DNA of 49,687 nucleotides, taken from a virus. Lineage: Duplodnaviria; Caudoviricetes. The position numbers and the translations under genes are program-made. The stretch is from positions 1 through 49,687 of IMG/VR virus record IMGVR_UViG_3300033420_000009. One strand, 5' to 3'. Shown here piece after piece: positions 46,601 to 49,687 of this stretch. Position 1 is the stretch's first letter; the number at the start of each line of letters is the position of its first letter. The notes below the pieces were generated by a model, which was not told the DNA's origin, made no database searches, and was given only the letters and a program-made list of their open reading frames with translations.

Positions 46601-47874
46601 TGACTAAGGATAAAGGAGAGATTGTAAATCTAGAGTCCGCCGGACAAATACTTCTTATTCATACTACAGAATCATTATTCAAAACGATGTCTCAGGTTTC
46701 TATGAAGGGGGACACTACAAATATTATCCTTGGCAATGGAGAGATCTTCGCTGTTTCTCCTGAAGAGATCATGGCAGTTCCTGGTGGGTACGCCGGCACG
46801 CAGGATCAACAATCATGTTTCTATAGTAAAGCAGGATATTTCTTTGTAGACCGTAAATACGGTAAGGTGTTCTTGCTTAATCAAGAGCTGAAGGAGATTT
46901 CTAATAATGGACTCAGAGAGTTTTTTAAATCAAATGTCGGATCTGAATTGGATGCGCAGTTAATAGCTGCTGGTCAAGGAGCACTATCATATCCCTATAC
47001 TAATGTAGGTCAGTTTGGATTCTTAGTAACTTACGATGAGGATAATTATAGGATAGTTGTTACTAAGAAAGACATTAAAGCAAAAGCTGGATTTCTTGGA
47101 GACCATACTTATTATGATACGAACAAGTATTTCAATTACAAAGGAAGTCTTAAGAAGTATACTGGGGTTCATATTGCTTTAGTATTGGATAGTCCTCCTC
47201 CTGAAGGAGTCAGTGTTTATATTGATGATCACATGATTGACATCCCTGCAAATGAGTACATCAATTTCGAGGAGCATAGTTTTACAATCAGCTATTCTAT
47301 AGTTAATCAAGCTTGGGTTTCAGAACATGATTATTATCCTAACCTGCTATTCTCTACAAAGAGAAATATGTATGGGATCGTTGGTAATACTTTGTACAAG
47401 CACAATGTTGACTTCTCCCCTTCTATATATGCTGGAGTAAGAATGCCATGGTTTATTGATTTTGTTTTCCCAACAGGTAAAGATTCTCTTCTGTCCAATG
47501 TCAACTGGCAGAGTGAGTATATCGCAGCTTCTGGAAACACGGATCACTTCTTAACCTTGGATCGCGCTTTAATCTACAACTCTTTCCAATGTAGTGGAGA
47601 GAAGATAGTTAATAGCGCAGTGGGTGGAAATACTCGCATTACTCGTAAAGTATGGAATTTCAATGAGTTCAGGGATCTTGTGATCGATAATAAGATTCCT
47701 TCTATGGTCGACTTTCAACCGGTTCTATCGAATATAGATTTGTACCTTGATTGGTATAAACAAAAAAGGTTCATAGACAAGTACCATATTATTCGACTTG
47801 GGGATAGCAATTCACGTAGTAATGTACTATATTTGTATGAGATAGATATCTCAGCACGCCTTACTTTCCGATAG
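43657..47874 (+). CDS. tail stabilisation / muzzle protein (P22 gp10-like)
   Basis: 1405 aa after ring protein; KG...D...YRHANN, WVDG.N.PR.LN, F..DEVYAF, VRHHKFP, TISYS...W.S.HDY motifs. Confidence 0.8.
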   Translation: MKFDKGIYRDCAPTDQPAGSYRHANNVVYNRKNGAYSTEGGTQSILSTIENSVPIGSAPISADKQVLFYKNTVTGMCYISVFTEPSTITVIRSAVSLGFSTQYPIKAVVIKNQKGEDIVTWVDGKNSPRMLNLNNPGFTDGELELYPYLVNLFPSGKMPILESVSMLEDSGNVRTGTYYFTVAYELDGGGISNYMAIYNPVAVSKYTYAAGIDGIVGSDSDLNSLKSIKLLFTNLDNQYSKMHLAAVKVIDGITTATKIGEYHIPPSKQSMTIIYTGNEFEEDVLVESLLINTSYYSGAKAISYHNRKLYLGNLSKDPFIDWQHYANQIGVKWNFDKTVSVNGVKGSFKDNAISYKFKGFMPDEVYAFYGAFRLKDGGLSTAFHIPGRSALTGDTDLLPAGTDYTQDRIVSANVKKFQTRSTSLIDGTMGYWENEDEKYPEDFPDFKGQNVRHHKFPGIPDLLSWSREYITATSDSPEVQPAFAGARTLTVGSSGGSSQGRFTVQSAQTSPLTFSSFNTTTKQLEINNSGYVDIVMTNISCDSTTPSPGQAGFEMKLVKINTQNVTTVIHAQDPVSVEERIEDMPFMAPIANAFDIFSKTILQVRVDPGDRFEFVGTGYGALQVYNGSISFTFSEAKSLTDYIGTKFAHMLGVEFSNVTIPDEIKDLVQGLEIFYAKRGFENSTVLSQGVILNTVTNKPAALTWANPVWSFAQGMRFYSPDLLANEAPPSINPNYIKIQSEVYRSSGTANVLKNGFTFATPASGTLSEQIIPVESYKYDPQTPDDYRETALSLTVSKTFQGAPGADLIFANLCAYRKNVYEKFYEQELVSTGFIILIEQGIASLPEVIFGGDVYNSDFGFFTNFDNGTPATQLLWSCPMFSVVNASLRKRGEEYGQVIYPTDYNGIDVLNFVGTGTKTHMDNYIWINPDICKLNDLNPAYVDIDRDSNLERFPTRIIESDIQTKEGDSISIRKFSPLNYYEMTKDKGEIVNLESAGQILLIHTTESLFKTMSQVSMKGDTTNIILGNGEIFAVSPEEIMAVPGGYAGTQDQQSCFYSKAGYFFVDRKYGKVFLLNQELKEISNNGLREFFKSNVGSELDAQLIAAGQGALSYPYTNVGQFGFLVTYDEDNYRIVVTKKDIKAKAGFLGDHTYYDTNKYFNYKGSLKKYTGVHIALVLDSPPPEGVSVYIDDHMIDIPANEYINFEEHSFTISYSIVNQAWVSEHDYYPNLLFSTKRNMYGIVGNTLYKHNVDFSPSIYAGVRMPWFIDFVFPTGKDSLLSNVNWQSEYIAASGNTDHFLTLDRALIYNSFQCSGEKIVNSAVGGNTRITRKVWNFNEFRDLVIDNKIPSMVDFQPVLSNIDLYLDWYKQKRFIDKYHIIRLGDSNSRSNVLYLYEIDISARLTFR

Positions 47875-47927
47875 CACATAAAAAGAGTATATAGCACGGT
47901 GAACATACACTTCAACTATATACTGTT

Positions 47928-48902
47928 ATGGCTGTCAAATCTTCCCTTAAAAATTATAAGTTTAAGAATTCTCCGCCTAAGTTAGGATACGGAGCCGATA
48001 TTCTTTCCGGTGCAATGAATGGTACTTCTATGGGAGCTTCACTTGGTCCTTTGGGAGCTGCAGGTGGAGCTATCGTTGGTGGAGTAGCCGGACTCTTCAA
48101 AGCGAAAGCAGATAAAGAACGTCAGGACGCTTTGGACAAAGAGATGGCAACAAACAAAGCAAGAAATCTACGTCAAGTAAACGACATCGCATCTCGCGCA
48201 ATTCTACAGAACTTCCCCTCCCAAGGGATTGAAAGACCTATGATGGGTAAAGGTGGAATCGTAAAGAAGAAACCTACTGTCGATGCTATAAGTGGACCCG
48301 ATGTGAAAAAGTTCGCTAAAGGCGGAGAAGTTCCTGATCCTCCTATTGAACTGGAAGACTGGATGATGAAACCAAATCCTAAGAACGGATGGTTCGGAAG
48401 TACAAATGCATATGATTCTTTTGGAATCGATGATATACGTGGGATGAAACGCTATCCAAAAGAATCTTTACCTGAAGTAATGAAAGCTCCTGTAGATAGT
48501 AAGTACAATCTTCTTTTGGATGAGTACACTGGTCCTTCTTTAACCGATGAAGAGCGCACACGATTAATTAGAGCTTGGGGACAGATGGATGAGTCCACTG
48601 CTAATGAAGGGTTAACCTCGTGGTTTGATTCTTTATCTAAACCTAAAGAGTACGGTAAAGGTGGAAATGTTTCCCCTGACTACATCGCAGAAGGTGGAGA
48701 AGTAGTTTCACACAGTCCTTTTAGGACTCCTATGACAGATAAATCTGGTTCTTTAAAAAGACTATCTGCAGGACTATCGAAAATAAATGGATCCAAACAT
48801 TCAAGTGATACCGGTGGAGTTGCAATGAAAGGTGGAGAACGAGTGTACTCCGATCAAGTTCCAGTGCCTAAACATTTACTCAGAGTATTAAAAAAATTAT
48901 AA
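47928..48902 (+). CDS. cargo/ejection protein, N-terminal part
   Basis: Gly/Ala-rich TM-like segment, xKGG repeats, AEGGEVV...G.KH...GGV...RVYSD motif; position after muzzle. Confidence 0.65.
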   Translation: MAVKSSLKNYKFKNSPPKLGYGADILSGAMNGTSMGASLGPLGAAGGAIVGGVAGLFKAKADKERQDALDKEMATNKARNLRQVNDIASRAILQNFPSQGIERPMMGKGGIVKKKPTVDAISGPDVKKFAKGGEVPDPPIELEDWMMKPNPKNGWFGSTNAYDSFGIDDIRGMKRYPKESLPEVMKAPVDSKYNLLLDEYTGPSLTDEERTRLIRAWGQMDESTANEGLTSWFDSLSKPKEYGKGGNVSPDYIAEGGEVVSHSPFRTPMTDKSGSLKRLSAGLSKINGSKHSSDTGGVAMKGGERVYSDQVPVPKHLLRVLKKL

Positions 48903-48903
48903 T

Positions 48904-49687
48904 ATGAAAACAATAGCTGATGCCATGACTACTCTTGGCAAGAAGAAAGCGAAATACGAAAAGTATTCCAAGGGAACTCCGCGGGATAAGCAGACAGTTG
49001 CTCATATGATTGGAAGACTTAATCAGATGGAAGACGAACTGTTCGAATATCAGCAGTCTGTAAATGGTGGTGAGACTGCTGAAGGATCGGTTGTTAAAGC
49101 TGGTAAGGGTGTAAACGTATTAGATCAATTTAAAGATACGCGATTTGGGGGATCTAAAATACCTGAATATAATTCTTTAGTTGCTACTAATCCTAACTCT
49201 ACATTTTCTCCTCCTTCTCCTCCTTCTCCTGCTAATTCTGTAGCTAAAGGATTTGATTTTGTTGGGGCAGGACAGACAGCTATGAACTTTCTTCCTACTG
49301 CAGCTAACTGGCTGCAAGGTCGAAGTGCAATCAATAAGCTTAAAGCTCCTGATGCACCTATACTTACTCCCAATGTAAAATTGAACAAGACTTTGGATGT
49401 GTCCAGTCAGATCAACGCTTCAAATCGTGCTAAGCTTGGTGCTGATGCATTCGCCGATAGAAACTTTGCAGACAATCAAACCAGTATGGCGCTACGTCAA
49501 CAATCTAAGGTTGATAATATCAATCGTCAAGGAGAACTATTTAATGCGCAGACCAACTACAGAACCCAAGTTGGTAACCAGGAATCTATGATGAATGCGG
49601 AAATTACAAATCGTAATGTAAATGCCGGGAATAACTACCGGGATTCTTTAACTGATTTCAGAAATAATAGAACACTTGCCTTAAGTA
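48904..49687 (+). CDS. cargo/ejection protein, second part, truncated by the window edge (MKTIADAMTTLGKKK...)
   Basis: hand-translated, open to the window end; N/Q/A-rich helical segment. Confidence 0.7.
   Translation, partial: MKTIADAMTTLGKKKAKYEKYSKGTPRDKQTVAHMIGRLNQMEDELFEYQQSVNGGETAEGSVVKAGKGVNVLDQFKDTRFGGSKIPEYNSLVATNPNSTFSPPSPPSPANSVAKGFDFVGAGQTAMNFLPTAANWLQGRSAINKLKAPDAPILTPNVKLNKTLDVSSQINASNRAKLGADAFADRNFADNQTSMALRQQSKVDNINRQGELFNAQTNYRTQVGNQESMMNAEITNRNVNAGNNYRDSLTDFRNNRTLALS

Noticed and set aside
1-49687. alternative genetic code (TAG or TGA recoding)
   Set aside because: Long genes are intact in code 11; TAG ends MCP and others right before terminators; TGA is used in ATGA overlaps.
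1-49687. CRISPR array or DGR template repeat
   Set aside because: No regularly spaced repeat-spacer series or adenine-mismatched TR/VR pair was seen by eye.

Overview
This window is about 50 kb of a Bacteroidota-infecting crAss-like (Crassvirales-type) dsDNA phage using the standard genetic code. Positions 1-11.2 kb are on the minus strand. They hold small accessory/early genes (ATP-dependent DNA ligase, a macro-domain-like protein, lipoproteins, a duplicated mosaic gene pair) interspersed with an unusually dense set of predicted structured non-coding RNAs. These are three tRNA-shaped elements with non-functional anticodon arms, each directly downstream of a stem-closed RNA; a multi-stem RNA with hexamer repeats behind a 308-aa coiled-coil gene; and a ~1.05-kb hairpin-rich ORF-free tract. 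Divergent Bacteroidota-type promoters near 11.4 kb mark the strand switch. Positions 11.5-49.7 kb are on the plus strand. First come a wHTH gene and a tyrosine integrase with an attP-like site (3' part of tRNA-Asp flanked by 19-bp arm repeats), suggesting a temperate crAss-like phage. The virion module follows: HU/IHF-like, TerL, portal, scaffold, MCP, amidase/spanins, ring proteins, tail fibres (including a circularly permuted FISUMP domain), holins, muzzle and a split cargo protein. All calls come from motif reading and gene order, not database searches.
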